Assembly: GCA_040830765.1 (NCBI GenBank)
Contig: JBFOMH010000025.1
Location: 1-61,840, forward strand
DNA from: Puniceicoccaceae bacterium
Lineage (GTDB): Bacteria > Verrucomicrobiota > Verrucomicrobiia > Opitutales > Oceanipulchritudinaceae
DNA length: 61,840 nucleotides
Direction of reading: 5' to 3'
In this document: positions 37,989 through 48,161 of the stretch, piece by piece
Numbering within the stretch: position 1 is the first letter of the stretch
Layout: the number at the start of each line of letters is the position of its first letter
Translations under genes and position numbers: made by a program
Notes under the pieces: generated by a model
The model's database searches: none
Seen by the model: only the letters and a program-made list of their open reading frames with translations
Told to the model about the DNA's origin: nothing

Positions 37989-39539
37989 CTATACCACCGG
38001 GTTAACTTCAAAGTCGAAGACCAGCGAGGTCCCCTTGTTCTCGACCCGGAATTCGTCACTGAGGTGATGAATAATGCCCAGGCCCAGGTGCTTGCCAGTT
38101 TGCTCGCTGATTGTTGCCAGTCGCTCCTTCAGATCAAAGGCGTGCCCACGACCCGGATCGTCAATGTAGATGCGAAGGATATCCTTTTCATCGTTCATGC
38201 AAATCTGCAGGTGGGCAAATTTCTCTGATGAGCCTTCACAACCATGGGTCAGGGCATTGAGCATTCCTTCGCGGATGCAGATGAGAAGGTCGTAAAGCCG
38301 ATCGCCGAGACGGTCGTCGAGGGCGAAAGTTATGCAGCGGCGCCAGTTGGATTGGAGCTGATCAATATGGTCAACCTCCGTACCAGCGTAATGCTCGCTG
38401 AGAATCGGTTCAAAGGACTGGCTCAAGGGTAGGTCAGGGATAAGGTTAAATCGAATCGCTAGTATGTCATCTGTGGGAGCCTGTGGCAACCCATCCCAAG
38501 GATTATTTGCCCTCAAAAATCGGTATAACAAGCTGAAATAATTTATATTTAAAGTATTCGCAAATTCGAGCAATCCATCTGTAAAAATATAAAGCAGATT
38601 ATTCCCCTTTACGCGAATAGGAACCGGCAAGGTGGCAATCTCCTCCATCCATCCGAGGGGAAAGTGGCCATACGGGCATTCAACAACACGCCCTGATTGT
38701 GAAACCAGTTGGCAGGGGGTGAAACCGAAGTTCCAATGCTGGATATAATCGTCCAGGGGGCCGAAATCAATGGCTGAGAGGGAGAGGCTGACCGGTTCGG
38801 CATGGTCGGACTCCTGGAGTGCTTGTTGCCGGAGGGACCGGTTGAACAGATCGAGTGCATTGGCGATGCGCGCACTCCCTTCAAGAGCGCCGCGAAACAT
38901 GCCCTGGAAATAAGTTGAAACATAACCGGAGCGAATGTCGTGGCCGGAGATATCCCCCATCAGGACAACATAGCGACCCCTGCCAAAGTCGTGGGTAATA
39001 AAGAAATCCCCACCCACCTCGTGCAGGGGCCGATAAAGGACCGACAATCGATCCTTCAAAGAGTCCGGAATAACAACGTTCATGGATTGGCCGAGGTGCT
39101 CAAGGGCTTGCAGGCCCTTGCGGTCGGCAACGTACTTCCGCTGGAGACGCGTATTCTCCACAGCTCTCCAGACAACCTCACGCAATTGCTGGTGGGTAAC
39201 GGGTTTTTCCAGGTAATGAAAGACACCGGCAGCAATGGATTCCTCAACAACGGACTTCTCACCCTGTCCGGTTATGATGATCGAGGAGAGCGAACTGTCC
39301 TGTTCACGAATCCAGCGGACAAACTGGGTCCCGGAATCCCTTGGGAGACGGTAGTCCGAGACAACGGCGGAAATCGTGGTCAAACCAAGCTTCCCGGAGA
39401 GTTCCCTGGCCGCTTCCACTGAATCAGCACAGAGCACCTTGAATCCTGAAAGTTCAAGGCTCGATTCCATGAAATTCCTGCTGTGGGGATCATCCTCCAC
39501 GACCAGGATTACTGGTTCCCTGTTCGGGCTCTCAACCAT
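37989..39539 (-). CDS. Response regulator with PP2C (SpoIIE) phosphatase and RsbW-like HATPase kinase domains
   Basis: REC (VVEDD, SDYRLP, LEKP); PP2C (GGDFF, GDISGH, FTDGL, DDI); HATPase (EGMLNALTHG, DDPGRG, LGLGII). ATG at 39539. Confidence 0.87.
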   Translation of the reverse strand: MVESPNREPVILVVEDDPHSRNFMESSLELSGFKVLCADSVEAARELSGKLGLTTISAVVSDYRLPRDSGTQFVRWIREQDSSLSSIIITGQGEKSVVEESIAAGVFHYLEKPVTHQQLREVVWRAVENTRLQRKYVADRKGLQALEHLGQSMNVVIPDSLKDRLSVLYRPLHEVGGDFFITHDFGRGRYVVLMGDISGHDIRSGYVSTYFQGMFRGALEGSARIANALDLFNRSLRQQALQESDHAEPVSLSLSAIDFGPLDDYIQHWNFGFTPCQLVSQSGRVVECPYGHFPLGWMEEIATLPVPIRVKGNNLLYIFTDGLLEFANTLNINYFSLLYRFLRANNPWDGLPQAPTDDILAIRFNLIPDLPLSQSFEPILSEHYAGTEVDHIDQLQSNWRRCITFALDDRLGDRLYDLLICIREGMLNALTHGCEGSSEKFAHLQICMNDEKDILRIYIDDPGRGHAFDLKERLATISEQTGKHLGLGIIHHLSDEFRVENKGTSLVFDFEVNPVV

Positions 39540-39594
39540 GCGGCAGCATCTTGGATTGTCAGATGGATGTCCATTTGGCAACTTGATTCCAAGG

Positions 39595-41013
39595 ATGGCA
39601 TCCCTCACTGAACAGTTTCATCCGCAGCACTGGAGCTTCCTCAAGAACCTCGCCAACGCCTGCCATGCAAAAAACGGAACAGCCTATCTGGTCGGCGGTT
39701 GCGTCCGTTCCGGCCTGCTGGGAGAAACGGTCAATGACTTCGATCTCGAGGTGTTCGGCCTGCCTCCGGATGTTCTCGAGACGGTGCTGGAATCAGTGGC
39801 CAGGGTAAAGCGGGTCGGCAAGGCCTTTGGCATCTACAAACTGGAGGGATGGCCCATCGACGTGGGATTACCGCGGAGGGAGCGCAGAAGCGGTATCCGG
39901 CACCGGGACTTCTCAATCGACATTATTCCTGACATGTCGCTGGAGGAGGCGGCCCGGCGCCGGGACTTCAGAATGAATGCCATCTATTATGACATCCGAA
40001 AGGAGAAAATCCTGGATCCCCTTGGCGGTTTGCTCGATTTGGAAAACCGGGCCCTGCGGCACTGCTCGCCGCGCTTTTCCGAGGATCCCTTGCGGGTCCT
40101 TCGGGGCATGCAACTGGCCGCCCGCATACCGGCAACGGTTGCCCCCGACACATTGGAATTGTGCCGCCAGCTGACCCCGGAAAGCCTGTCCCCGGAACGA
40201 TTCTTCGGTGAATGGGAAAAGTTGATTCTTTACGGCCGCTCGCCCTCCAATGGCCTCGCTTTCCTGAAGGCCTGTGACTGGACCCGCTTTTTCCCTGAAC
40301 TGCATGCCATGATAGGCTGTGAGCAGGATCCTCAATGGCACCCCGAGGGCGATGTCTGGGACCACACACTTCACTGCATGGATGCTTTTTCAAAAGGCCG
40401 AACCGGAATCCGGGACGATGATCTGGCAGTCGGATTAGCTGTTCTTTGCCATGACATGGGCAAGCCCCTGACAACGGAAAGACATGAGAGCAAAATCCGT
40501 TCCCATGGTCATGAAAGTGCCGGAGTCAAACCGGCCCGGCGATTCCTCGAACAATTGCGGGTGTCCGGACGTTTGACCGAAGTCATCCTGCCACTCATCA
40601 AGTGCCACATGCGTCCCGGGGTCCTCTTTGAGCAGAAGAGTTCAGCAAGTGCCATACGTCGCCTGGCCCGGGACTGCGGCCAACTGGACTTGTTGCTGCG
40701 GGTCTTCCAGGCCGACTCGGCCGGGCGCCCTCCCCTGCCGGATGAGAGCGGGAAAGCGGTCCAGTGGCTGACTAACCGGGCCCGCGAGCTGGAGGTTTCC
40801 CGATCAGGACCAAAACCAATTCTCAAGGGAACCGACTTGCTGCAACGGGGATGGCAAAGCGGGCCGAAATTGGGCCGGTTCCTGAATGCAGCCTACGAGG
40901 CTCAACTGGACGGTTCCTTCACGTCACGCGAAGAAGCCCTGCAGTGGTTGGACGATCAATTAGACGGCAAATCGTCCGTCAAGCCGACCCATTGCGATGA
41001 TGCGGTATCATAG
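39595..41013 (+). CDS. cca: tRNA nucleotidyltransferase (CCA-adding class II) with HD domain
   Basis: YLVGGCVR, DFDLEV, RRDFRMNA, EDPLRVLR, HPEGDVWDHT and CHDMGK motifs; ATG at 39595. CCA versus A/CC specificity cannot be determined. Confidence 0.85.
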   Translation: MASLTEQFHPQHWSFLKNLANACHAKNGTAYLVGGCVRSGLLGETVNDFDLEVFGLPPDVLETVLESVARVKRVGKAFGIYKLEGWPIDVGLPRRERRSGIRHRDFSIDIIPDMSLEEAARRRDFRMNAIYYDIRKEKILDPLGGLLDLENRALRHCSPRFSEDPLRVLRGMQLAARIPATVAPDTLELCRQLTPESLSPERFFGEWEKLILYGRSPSNGLAFLKACDWTRFFPELHAMIGCEQDPQWHPEGDVWDHTLHCMDAFSKGRTGIRDDDLAVGLAVLCHDMGKPLTTERHESKIRSHGHESAGVKPARRFLEQLRVSGRLTEVILPLIKCHMRPGVLFEQKSSASAIRRLARDCGQLDLLLRVFQADSAGRPPLPDESGKAVQWLTNRARELEVSRSGPKPILKGTDLLQRGWQSGPKLGRFLNAAYEAQLDGSFTSREEALQWLDDQLDGKSSVKPTHCDDAVS

Positions 41014-44000
41014 AACAGGGCAGAACCTTCCAGGTACCACAACCAACTATCACCACCAGTCCGGTAGAACCACGGGTAGAAGGATCCGGAAGTTTGAAGC
41101 CAGCCCCAGTTGTTGGCCGTTGGATAGAGAAAATAGGTATTGCTGCCAGTACCATGTCCCGTAAATGCCCAGCCCAGCGAAAGGGTGTAGATCCAGGGAA
41201 AGGCATCACCATAAAGCCAACCCAGCGTCCGATCGGTCCACCAGCCGTTGCCGTAGTCCGAGAGCAATTTGTAGTGGTTTTCCAACTCGTTCCAGGGAAG
41301 CGTCAGCGGCACCCTCTGCGCTTCAAATATATCCACCTGTCCCTTGAAGCTCCCGGTGGAAACGGCAAAGGAGTCGAGAGTCTGGTCCAGCGGCAGGTAA
41401 AGCTGCAAACCGGTCTCGGAACCCGTGAGCCGCTGATCATGCAAGTCGGCAATCGTGGATGCCGGAAGGACCCTGTTCCAAATCCGAAACTCCGTCATCC
41501 GGCCATTAAAGGCTCTGGCCCCGTTATCCGACTCACCGATGAACAATGGACTGTTCCGGTTGTCACTGATCGGCAGGCTGGGACGGGTGGTAGAAACTTC
41601 AGTGGGATAATCCACTGCCACTTGGGAACCGTCGACATACATGCGCACGGGTTGCGAATCGGAACTGTTGTAAGTCACAGCCACGTGCTGCCAGCGGTTC
41701 AGATTAATTGTCAGGGGGAAGGAATTAATTGCGAATGCCCTTCCATCCGAAGTAATGACATAGAGAACCAGGCTTCGGTCATTGTAGAAAGAGTGGTCGA
41801 ATCCGTTGAGGAAGAAGACAAAGGTATCGCGGTCAAAAATACGCCCGAATCCAGTGACATACTCCCCGAAGGTTTCCGGATAGATCCATGCCTCAGCGGT
41901 AAAGTTGTCCGTCATTCCGATCTGGAATGTTGGAGGCACTCGCAAGTAGTCGTCCTCTCCGTCAAACTGTATCGCCAGTTCCGGTGAATCCTGGACAACA
42001 AGCGTGATCCATCCAGCCGACTGGCCATCGGAGTCATCGGTGAGTTCGTATTTGAGGCGGGCGACACCCGTAAAATCCAGCGGAACGGTGTAGCGAACGA
42101 CCCCGGTTTCAAGAATGGTCGCGAACTGGCTATTAGGACCGGTTACGGAAAGAATCCGTAATGGGTCTCCATCCGGATCCCGGTCATTGCTAAGGATGGG
42201 CAAGTCCAGAGTGGCTCCTGCGGTAACCGGGTAGAGGTCATTGACGGCAACCGGCCGCGGATCCAGTACCTCGACCATGCGCCGCAGGACACCTCCCTTG
42301 CCATCGCCCACGAGAACACCGAAGCTGTCCCAGCCGTTCTTGGATTCACCCATATTGAAGGAAAAGCGTCCATTCTCCAATTCCCTCAAGGTGCTGAATT
42401 GGGGATAAGCGACGGCTAGAATTTCCAGGGAATCACCATCCGGATCAGTCAATCCGTCGAGGATATCAATTTCCATCGGAAAATCCGTGGTCTCGATGAA
42501 AAGATCGTCCCCAGTAGGGTGGGAATTGTCCCGGAAGGCCGTGTCATGACCCATGACATCAATGGACCAACTGGTCCAGCTGCCGGTACCTCCCGTCCCG
42601 TCATCGGTGACAATCAGCTTCCAGTTCCCATTGGCCGGTTCACCCAGATGCCGGGTGCTGAGGTATGTCCATTGTCCGGGCAATCCTTGGCCGTTTGCAT
42701 TGGCATGGGGCTCGGCGAGGACACTTTGCGTTCCCGATGGCGATTCCAGGACAACCCGGATATCGCCCCAGTCCGAGTGGTTCAGTCGCAAGGTTACGCG
42801 AACAAACTGGACCTCGTAGCTACTGGCTACAGCAATTGTGCTCTCCTGGGCAATGCCGGTAAACAGGGATCGCTGAACCGTCTGCGAGCCGGTGCGACTG
42901 ATCAAGGTCCCCAAGGAAGGCCAAACAGTGGCCAACTGGGTAGCGGCATCCGCGTCAACCCGGCCAAAACCGTATTCATGATTGACCCAGAGTCCGGCTG
43001 CATTGGTCGACCAATCGGGATTGGAAAAGTCAACAGGGGTCGCGGTCAGGGCAAGGATTTGCTGGACATCACGCCAGTTCAGATCGGGCCTATGCTCGAG
43101 CATCAGGGCAACCACGCCGGAAACCATCGGGGCGGCCGCTGAGGTGCCGCTGAAGTCCTCATACTCGTCCCCGGGCGCGTAGCCGGAAAATCCCGTATTG
43201 TCGGTTGTCAGGATACCGCCACCACGCCCCCCGCTGGGTGCTACCACGAGCAGGTTGGCTCCCGGTTCACTGTAACCGGACCGTATATTATCATCCCCCA
43301 CAGCGCCAACAGAGATGGTCCAGGGGAGTGAATTATAGCCGTCGTAGTTCGAATTGTCACCATTCAGGCCACCGTTGCCAGCGGCCCAGACATAGATATT
43401 GCCCAATCCACCGCGTCCGTTGGAGGAGTTGGCCCGCAAGGCATCCTTGAGGACTGTTGACGAATCTGCGTACCGGACACCAAAGTCATCGGAAGGACCC
43501 CAGCTGTTGTTGTAGATATCGACCGAAAAGCCTTTGCGGTAAACATTCTCTTCGCTACCATCGCCACTGCGGTAGGAAAGCGCCTCAGCTTCCTCCCCCA
43601 AGGCATAGGGACCAGCAATCAAGCGCAAGGGAACCAGCTTGGCGTCGTAGGCGATGCCAAGTCCCCCGATACCGTTGGCATCGGCAAGCGAAATTCCCGC
43701 CACGGCCGTCCCATGCTGATCATTAATTCCCGATGGAGAAGGATCGAAGTCGTCATCGTTATAATCATATCCACTGCCTGAGAGATAATTTCCCTGTAAA
43801 TCCGGATGAGTATACTGGGTCCCTTCGTCGACAATTGCGATGACCACGCCTTCGCCGCTCAATCCCCTGTCCCATGCGGGACGCACCCGGGCGTCGGCAA
43901 AGGGAACGCCGCCGGACTGCCCCGCGTTTTCCAAATGCCATTGGTCAGGAAAAAGGGGATCCGCCGGATTGAAAACTTTCGGGTAACTGACGATCAGGAT

Positions 44001-44330
44001 GTCCTCCTCAAAGGTCTCAATCTCCGGCCGGGCTGCCAATTGCTGGAAGACCTGTTCTTTCCAATCGGCCTCATCCGGCTTGGAAGCCAGATCGCGGAAA
44101 AATCGGACCCGGTGGTACCCGTCGACGCCCTTGAGGGGTCCTATGTATACAGCACCGGCGGCCAAGGCTGTTTCCTCGGCATCTGAGCCAGGCGCAACCT
44201 TGATCAACCAATTACCGCCTGATCCGGATGTATTCGGATCCTTGTCGGCGGCAACCAACAAGCATGGTGTCAACAGGGCCCCAAGAAGGGCCACTGAGCG
44301 AAAAATTGATGTCAGGGAGCGTATACCCAT
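40956..44330 (-). CDS. Secreted kexin/furin-like S8 serine protease with P-domain, cadherin/Ig-like repeats, LamG domain and Trp-rich C-terminal module
   Basis: Triad D (AIVDEG), H (HGTAVAG), S (GTSAAAP); oxyanion AAGNGG; YGFGRVDA; P-domain (LESPSGT, GEPANGNWKL); DPDGD repeats; LamG (WQHVAVTY, MYVDG, FRIWNR). Confidence 0.9.
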   Translation of the reverse strand: MGIRSLTSIFRSVALLGALLTPCLLVAADKDPNTSGSGGNWLIKVAPGSDAEETALAAGAVYIGPLKGVDGYHRVRFFRDLASKPDEADWKEQVFQQLAARPEIETFEEDILIVSYPKVFNPADPLFPDQWHLENAGQSGGVPFADARVRPAWDRGLSGEGVVIAIVDEGTQYTHPDLQGNYLSGSGYDYNDDDFDPSPSGINDQHGTAVAGISLADANGIGGLGIAYDAKLVPLRLIAGPYALGEEAEALSYRSGDGSEENVYRKGFSVDIYNNSWGPSDDFGVRYADSSTVLKDALRANSSNGRGGLGNIYVWAAGNGGLNGDNSNYDGYNSLPWTISVGAVGDDNIRSGYSEPGANLLVVAPSGGRGGGILTTDNTGFSGYAPGDEYEDFSGTSAAAPMVSGVVALMLEHRPDLNWRDVQQILALTATPVDFSNPDWSTNAAGLWVNHEYGFGRVDADAATQLATVWPSLGTLISRTGSQTVQRSLFTGIAQESTIAVASSYEVQFVRVTLRLNHSDWGDIRVVLESPSGTQSVLAEPHANANGQGLPGQWTYLSTRHLGEPANGNWKLIVTDDGTGGTGSWTSWSIDVMGHDTAFRDNSHPTGDDLFIETTDFPMEIDILDGLTDPDGDSLEILAVAYPQFSTLRELENGRFSFNMGESKNGWDSFGVLVGDGKGGVLRRMVEVLDPRPVAVNDLYPVTAGATLDLPILSNDRDPDGDPLRILSVTGPNSQFATILETGVVRYTVPLDFTGVARLKYELTDDSDGQSAGWITLVVQDSPELAIQFDGEDDYLRVPPTFQIGMTDNFTAEAWIYPETFGEYVTGFGRIFDRDTFVFFLNGFDHSFYNDRSLVLYVITSDGRAFAINSFPLTINLNRWQHVAVTYNSSDSQPVRMYVDGSQVAVDYPTEVSTTRPSLPISDNRNSPLFIGESDNGARAFNGRMTEFRIWNRVLPASTIADLHDQRLTGSETGLQLYLPLDQTLDSFAVSTGSFKGQVDIFEAQRVPLTLPWNELENHYKLLSDYGNGWWTDRTLGWLYGDAFPWIYTLSLGWAFTGHGTGSNTYFLYPTANNWGWLQTSGSFYPWFYRTGGDSWLWYLEGSALFYDTASSQWVGLTDDLPSN

Positions 44331-44403
44331 GGGCGAATAAAATAGCCTACTCCGCCCAAGAGACAACCAACAGGGCCAATTGTTTCAAGCAATTCAAGAA
44401 AAC

Positions 44404-45981
44404 TTAGCGAACCAGCATGAAAGCCAGGGCCATGACAATTGTCGGGAAAAGGGCTCCCATGAGAAGCTTTGCCGGATTGACTCCCCCGGTAAAATAGCGG
44501 CTCAGGAGCGACTGGCCGGCGGGGTTCGGCGCGTTGGCGATAACCGTCAAGCCCCCGCCGGTAACGGCACCGGCGACAACGGCATATTGCTTTATCTCAC
44601 AACCGGGCACGCCAGGATTAAAGTCCGGCACCTGGCTGGCGAGGAAAGTAATTGCGGCATTGTCATTAAAGGCCGTCAGGATGGTTGAACCGGTAAAGAG
44701 GCTCACTTCGCCCAGTTGACCAAGGACCGGGGCAATCCACCACTGCTGCAACGGCCCATGAGTGACCAAACCGGCGAGGAAAAAGCCAACCAGGAGGGGT
44801 CCCTTAATGCGGACATCATCCTGGTGGGTCGCCGTCGCCTGGACAAATGCCATGAAAAAGAGAAATCCGGCGATGAAGAGGGGCGGATTGTGAAGGTTGA
44901 GAACCGTCCAGCCCATGAAGGCAAGGATGACGAAGGTAATCCAGAGCGGAATCGGCTCTTCCTCAGCGCCCTGGAGGTTCTTGTCCCGTTCCTCCGCTTT
45001 CAGCTTGAGGGAGTCAAATTCGCCCCGTAGGAAAAAGCCGTAGACCAGCGTGGCAATGACAATACCGACAAAGGCCTTCCAACCGAAGTTCATGAACATG
45101 AATGCAATATCCCAGTTCCATGCCCCGGCCACCATCAGCACCGGAGGAGCGGCGAAGTGCGTCAGGGTTCCGCCAACTGAAATGTTGACGAATAGCAGTC
45201 CCAGTGTGCCGTACTTGAACTTGGTCGACGGCTCGAGGCTGTAAATGGTCTTGGCCAGGAGAAGGGCAGAAATGGTCATGGCGGCCGGTTCGGTGATGAA
45301 GGAACCGAGCAACGGGGCTACGATAAGGATGCTGTACCACCAGGCCCGTGGACTCCTCCCACCCAAGCCAGCAAGCAACCCGAGGACGCGTTCGCTGATC
45401 TTCAATACCGGCCGGGTCGAGGAAATCGCCATGATGATGACGACAAACATCGGCTCAGTGTAGTTGACCACGTTGTCGATGTAGAAAGTGGCCGAGTCCC
45501 AGCCATAGAAATAGAGGATCGAACCAAAGAGCGGCACACACCAGATGCCGAAGATGGCCTCGATTTCGCCCAGGAAGTGATACACGGTTGCCGAGAAACT
45601 GGTGTCATCCTTGGCGTTGTGATAAGGCTTGGTATCGGCCGTCCGGCCGCGCTCTTCAATTTCCTGGCGATGACGCTCTTCAATGTCGTGGGCCAGTTTC
45701 TGGAAGAAGCCGGCCATGAAGGTATGGAGAACCGCACAAAGGAAAATAATGGAAGCCACCAGATTGAATGGCGTCTTCTTGATACGATGAACGAGAATGT
45801 CTATGAGTGAGGTCAAGCCCAGCTCGGCCTCAGCCGCCTTGTACTCCTCAATGGAGTAAGGTAGGACGGTTGTATCCGCGGAAGGGGCATGCCCCCCTCC
45901 TCCACCGGCAGCCAGCGCTGCCACTGGAACCAGGGCTGGCAGGATCATCACGAGAAAGAGAAACAGTTTACGCATCGTCAT
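44404..45981 (-). CDS. Putative Na+/H+ antiporter (DUF1504-type ion-transporter superfamily)
   Basis: LGEIEAIFGIW, GSFITEPAAMT, NISVGGTLTHFAAPPVLMVA, DNAAIT and GGGLTVIANAPNPAG motifs; many TM helices. Confidence 0.75.
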   Translation of the reverse strand: MTMRKLFLFLVMILPALVPVAALAAGGGGGHAPSADTTVLPYSIEEYKAAEAELGLTSLIDILVHRIKKTPFNLVASIIFLCAVLHTFMAGFFQKLAHDIEERHRQEIEERGRTADTKPYHNAKDDTSFSATVYHFLGEIEAIFGIWCVPLFGSILYFYGWDSATFYIDNVVNYTEPMFVVIIMAISSTRPVLKISERVLGLLAGLGGRSPRAWWYSILIVAPLLGSFITEPAAMTISALLLAKTIYSLEPSTKFKYGTLGLLFVNISVGGTLTHFAAPPVLMVAGAWNWDIAFMFMNFGWKAFVGIVIATLVYGFFLRGEFDSLKLKAEERDKNLQGAEEEPIPLWITFVILAFMGWTVLNLHNPPLFIAGFLFFMAFVQATATHQDDVRIKGPLLVGFFLAGLVTHGPLQQWWIAPVLGQLGEVSLFTGSTILTAFNDNAAITFLASQVPDFNPGVPGCEIKQYAVVAGAVTGGGLTVIANAPNPAGQSLLSRYFTGGVNPAKLLMGALFPTIVMALAFMLVR

Positions 45982-46856
45982 TATTCAATATTTTGGATTT
46001 GCTCCCGGATTCGTTCAATTTCGTTTTTTGCCTCGATGACACTTCGGCTGACTTCCATGTTATTGGCCTTTGAGCCGATGGTGTTGAATTCCCGGTTTAC
46101 CTCTTGCAGGATGAATTCAAGCTTCCGGCCGACCGGGCTTCCCCCGGTGACGCACTCCTTGAACTGTTCGAAGTGGCTCTTTAAGCGGGTGATTTCCTCG
46201 GAGATGTCACATTTGTCAGCAAACAGGGCGATCTCCTTGAGAACGCGCTCATCATCGAGGTCAATTTCCAGCCCGGCCTGGCTCAAGCGCTGCAGGAGTA
46301 GCTCCCTGAAACGGTTGACCGTACCGCCCGAATCACGACCGATGGACTCCAGATGTGTCTCCAGGCTGTCTATCCGGTTGAGAATGTCCTCCGCCAGGGC
46401 GGCTCCCTCCGTCTGGCGCATGTCCAGCAACTGATCGAGGGCACTGGCAACCAACTGCAACAAGTCGCCGGAAATCGCTTCCAATTCCGGGAGGACTGCA
46501 TCCGTCTTGTTCAAGGCTGCCAGGCGGGTTAAGGTATCAAAGTCCACTTCCGGTTCGATCCCGTGCTTCTCCGCCGTTGCCTGCAGGCGTTTCAGGCTGG
46601 AGGCCAGTCCGGCTTCGTCCCAGCAGAATCCTTCCTCCCCGCAGGCGGCACTGGCCTGGATTTGCAGGTGTAGCTTGCCGCGATTGAACCGCTCTTTGAC
46701 CGCAGCCTGGATGTCCCGCTCAAAGCTTTGCCACTCGCGGGGCAATGCCACTGAAGCCTCCAAGTTACGCCGGTTGACGGAATTGACCTCAATGGCCAAA
46801 TCCACCCCTTCAAGGGTGTTCTTGCTCTGGCCAAATCCTGTCATCGATTGAATCAT
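45981..46856 (-). CDS. yicC: YicC/YloC family endoribonuclease
   Basis: [22 protein letters not shown] and [21 protein letters not shown]...EQIQNIE motifs. Confidence 0.93.
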   Translation of the reverse strand: MIQSMTGFGQSKNTLEGVDLAIEVNSVNRRNLEASVALPREWQSFERDIQAAVKERFNRGKLHLQIQASAACGEEGFCWDEAGLASSLKRLQATAEKHGIEPEVDFDTLTRLAALNKTDAVLPELEAISGDLLQLVASALDQLLDMRQTEGAALAEDILNRIDSLETHLESIGRDSGGTVNRFRELLLQRLSQAGLEIDLDDERVLKEIALFADKCDISEEITRLKSHFEQFKECVTGGSPVGRKLEFILQEVNREFNTIGSKANNMEVSRSVIEAKNEIERIREQIQNIE

Positions 46857-48079
46857 GATTGCTCCTCCCTGGCTTCGGAAAGTATCCGCTCAACCTCGCT
46901 CACATCCTTGTCACCGCGACCACTGAGATTGATACACATTACCTGCTCGGGGCGCATCTCCGGGGCCCGTTTCATTGCGTAGGCAATGGCATGGGTACTT
47001 TCGAGGGCTGGCAGGATTCCCTCCGCCTCACAGAGGAAGCGGAATCCCTCCATTACCTCGTCATCCGTGGCGTAAGCATAGCCAATGCGGCCGAGATCCC
47101 GGTAATAGGAATGCTCCGGCCCGATGGCCGCGTAGTCGAGGCCGGCTGAAACAGAGTGGGTCGGCTCGATCTGGCCGTCATCGTCCTGGAGGATGTAGGT
47201 CCGGCAGCCTTGCAAGACTCCCATCTTTCCTCCCTGGAACCGGGCAGCATGCTCGCCCGGCTCAATGGAGCGACCACCTGCTTCAACGCCCACCAACCGG
47301 ACTGAGGATTCATTCAGGAATTCATAAAAGAAGCCAATCGCGTTGCTGCCTCCGCCGACACATGCGACCATCTCGTCGGGTAGCCTACCCTCCTTGGCAA
47401 GGATCTGTTCCCGTGTTTCCTTGCCGATGATACTGTGAAAATCCCTCACCATCATCGGAAACGGGTGAGCCCCAAGCGCTGAGCCGAGAATGTAGTGGGT
47501 GTCCCTTGAAGTCGCCACCCAGTCCCTCATCGCCTCGTTGACGGCATCCTTCAGGGTCCGCTGGCCATTGCTGACGCCCCGTACCTCGGCTCCGCAAAGG
47601 CGCATCCGGAAAACATTAAGTGCCTGCCGCTGCATATCCACTTCACCCATGTAGATGACACACTCCAGCCCGAACTTGGCACACACTGTTGCCGTGGCGA
47701 CACCGTGCTGGCCGGCGCCAGTCTCGGCAATTATCCGTGTTTTGCCCAACCGGCGGGCCAGGAGCACCTGTCCCAGGACATTGTTGATCTTGTGGGCCCC
47801 GGTATGCAGCAGGTCTTCCCGCTTGAGGTAAATTCGCGCCCCGCCAAGTTTGCAGGTCATGTTCTCGGCAAAATAAAGCCCGGTAGGCCGACCTGCGTAC
47901 TCCCGAAGCCAATCGGCCAATTCTGCCTGAAATGCGGAATCCTGGCGCGCCTCGAGGTAAGCTGCCTCCAGATCCTGCAGGCAGGTCATGAGGGTTTCAG
48001 GAACATAGCAACCTCCATAAGGACCGAAATGACCCCTTTCATCCGGCAAGGCTGCTTTATCTATATGCTGACTCGTCAT
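46853..48079 (-). CDS. trpB: Tryptophan synthase beta chain
   Basis: [38 protein letters not shown] and NLSGRGDKD motifs. Confidence 0.97.
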   Translation of the reverse strand: MTSQHIDKAALPDERGHFGPYGGCYVPETLMTCLQDLEAAYLEARQDSAFQAELADWLREYAGRPTGLYFAENMTCKLGGARIYLKREDLLHTGAHKINNVLGQVLLARRLGKTRIIAETGAGQHGVATATVCAKFGLECVIYMGEVDMQRQALNVFRMRLCGAEVRGVSNGQRTLKDAVNEAMRDWVATSRDTHYILGSALGAHPFPMMVRDFHSIIGKETREQILAKEGRLPDEMVACVGGGSNAIGFFYEFLNESSVRLVGVEAGGRSIEPGEHAARFQGGKMGVLQGCRTYILQDDDGQIEPTHSVSAGLDYAAIGPEHSYYRDLGRIGYAYATDDEVMEGFRFLCEAEGILPALESTHAIAYAMKRAPEMRPEQVMCINLSGRGDKDVSEVERILSEAREEQS

Positions 48080-48161
48080 GTACTGAAATCCGTAGTGAAT
48101 GCAGGTTTAGAACAAAAGCCCGTATCCATGACAATGAAAACCGTGTCTTCCCGGGTGTCCA

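Noticed and set aside
38531..38558. dif-like site (AGCTGAAATAA-TTTATA-TTTAAAGTATT)
   Set aside because: The XerD arm does not match TTATGTTAAAT in either orientation, and the site lies inside a CDS.
40956..41013. 58-bp convergent overlap of cca and the S8 protease as a regulatory feature
   Set aside because: Only short, apparently non-conserved tails overlap; this is common for convergent genes in compact genomes.
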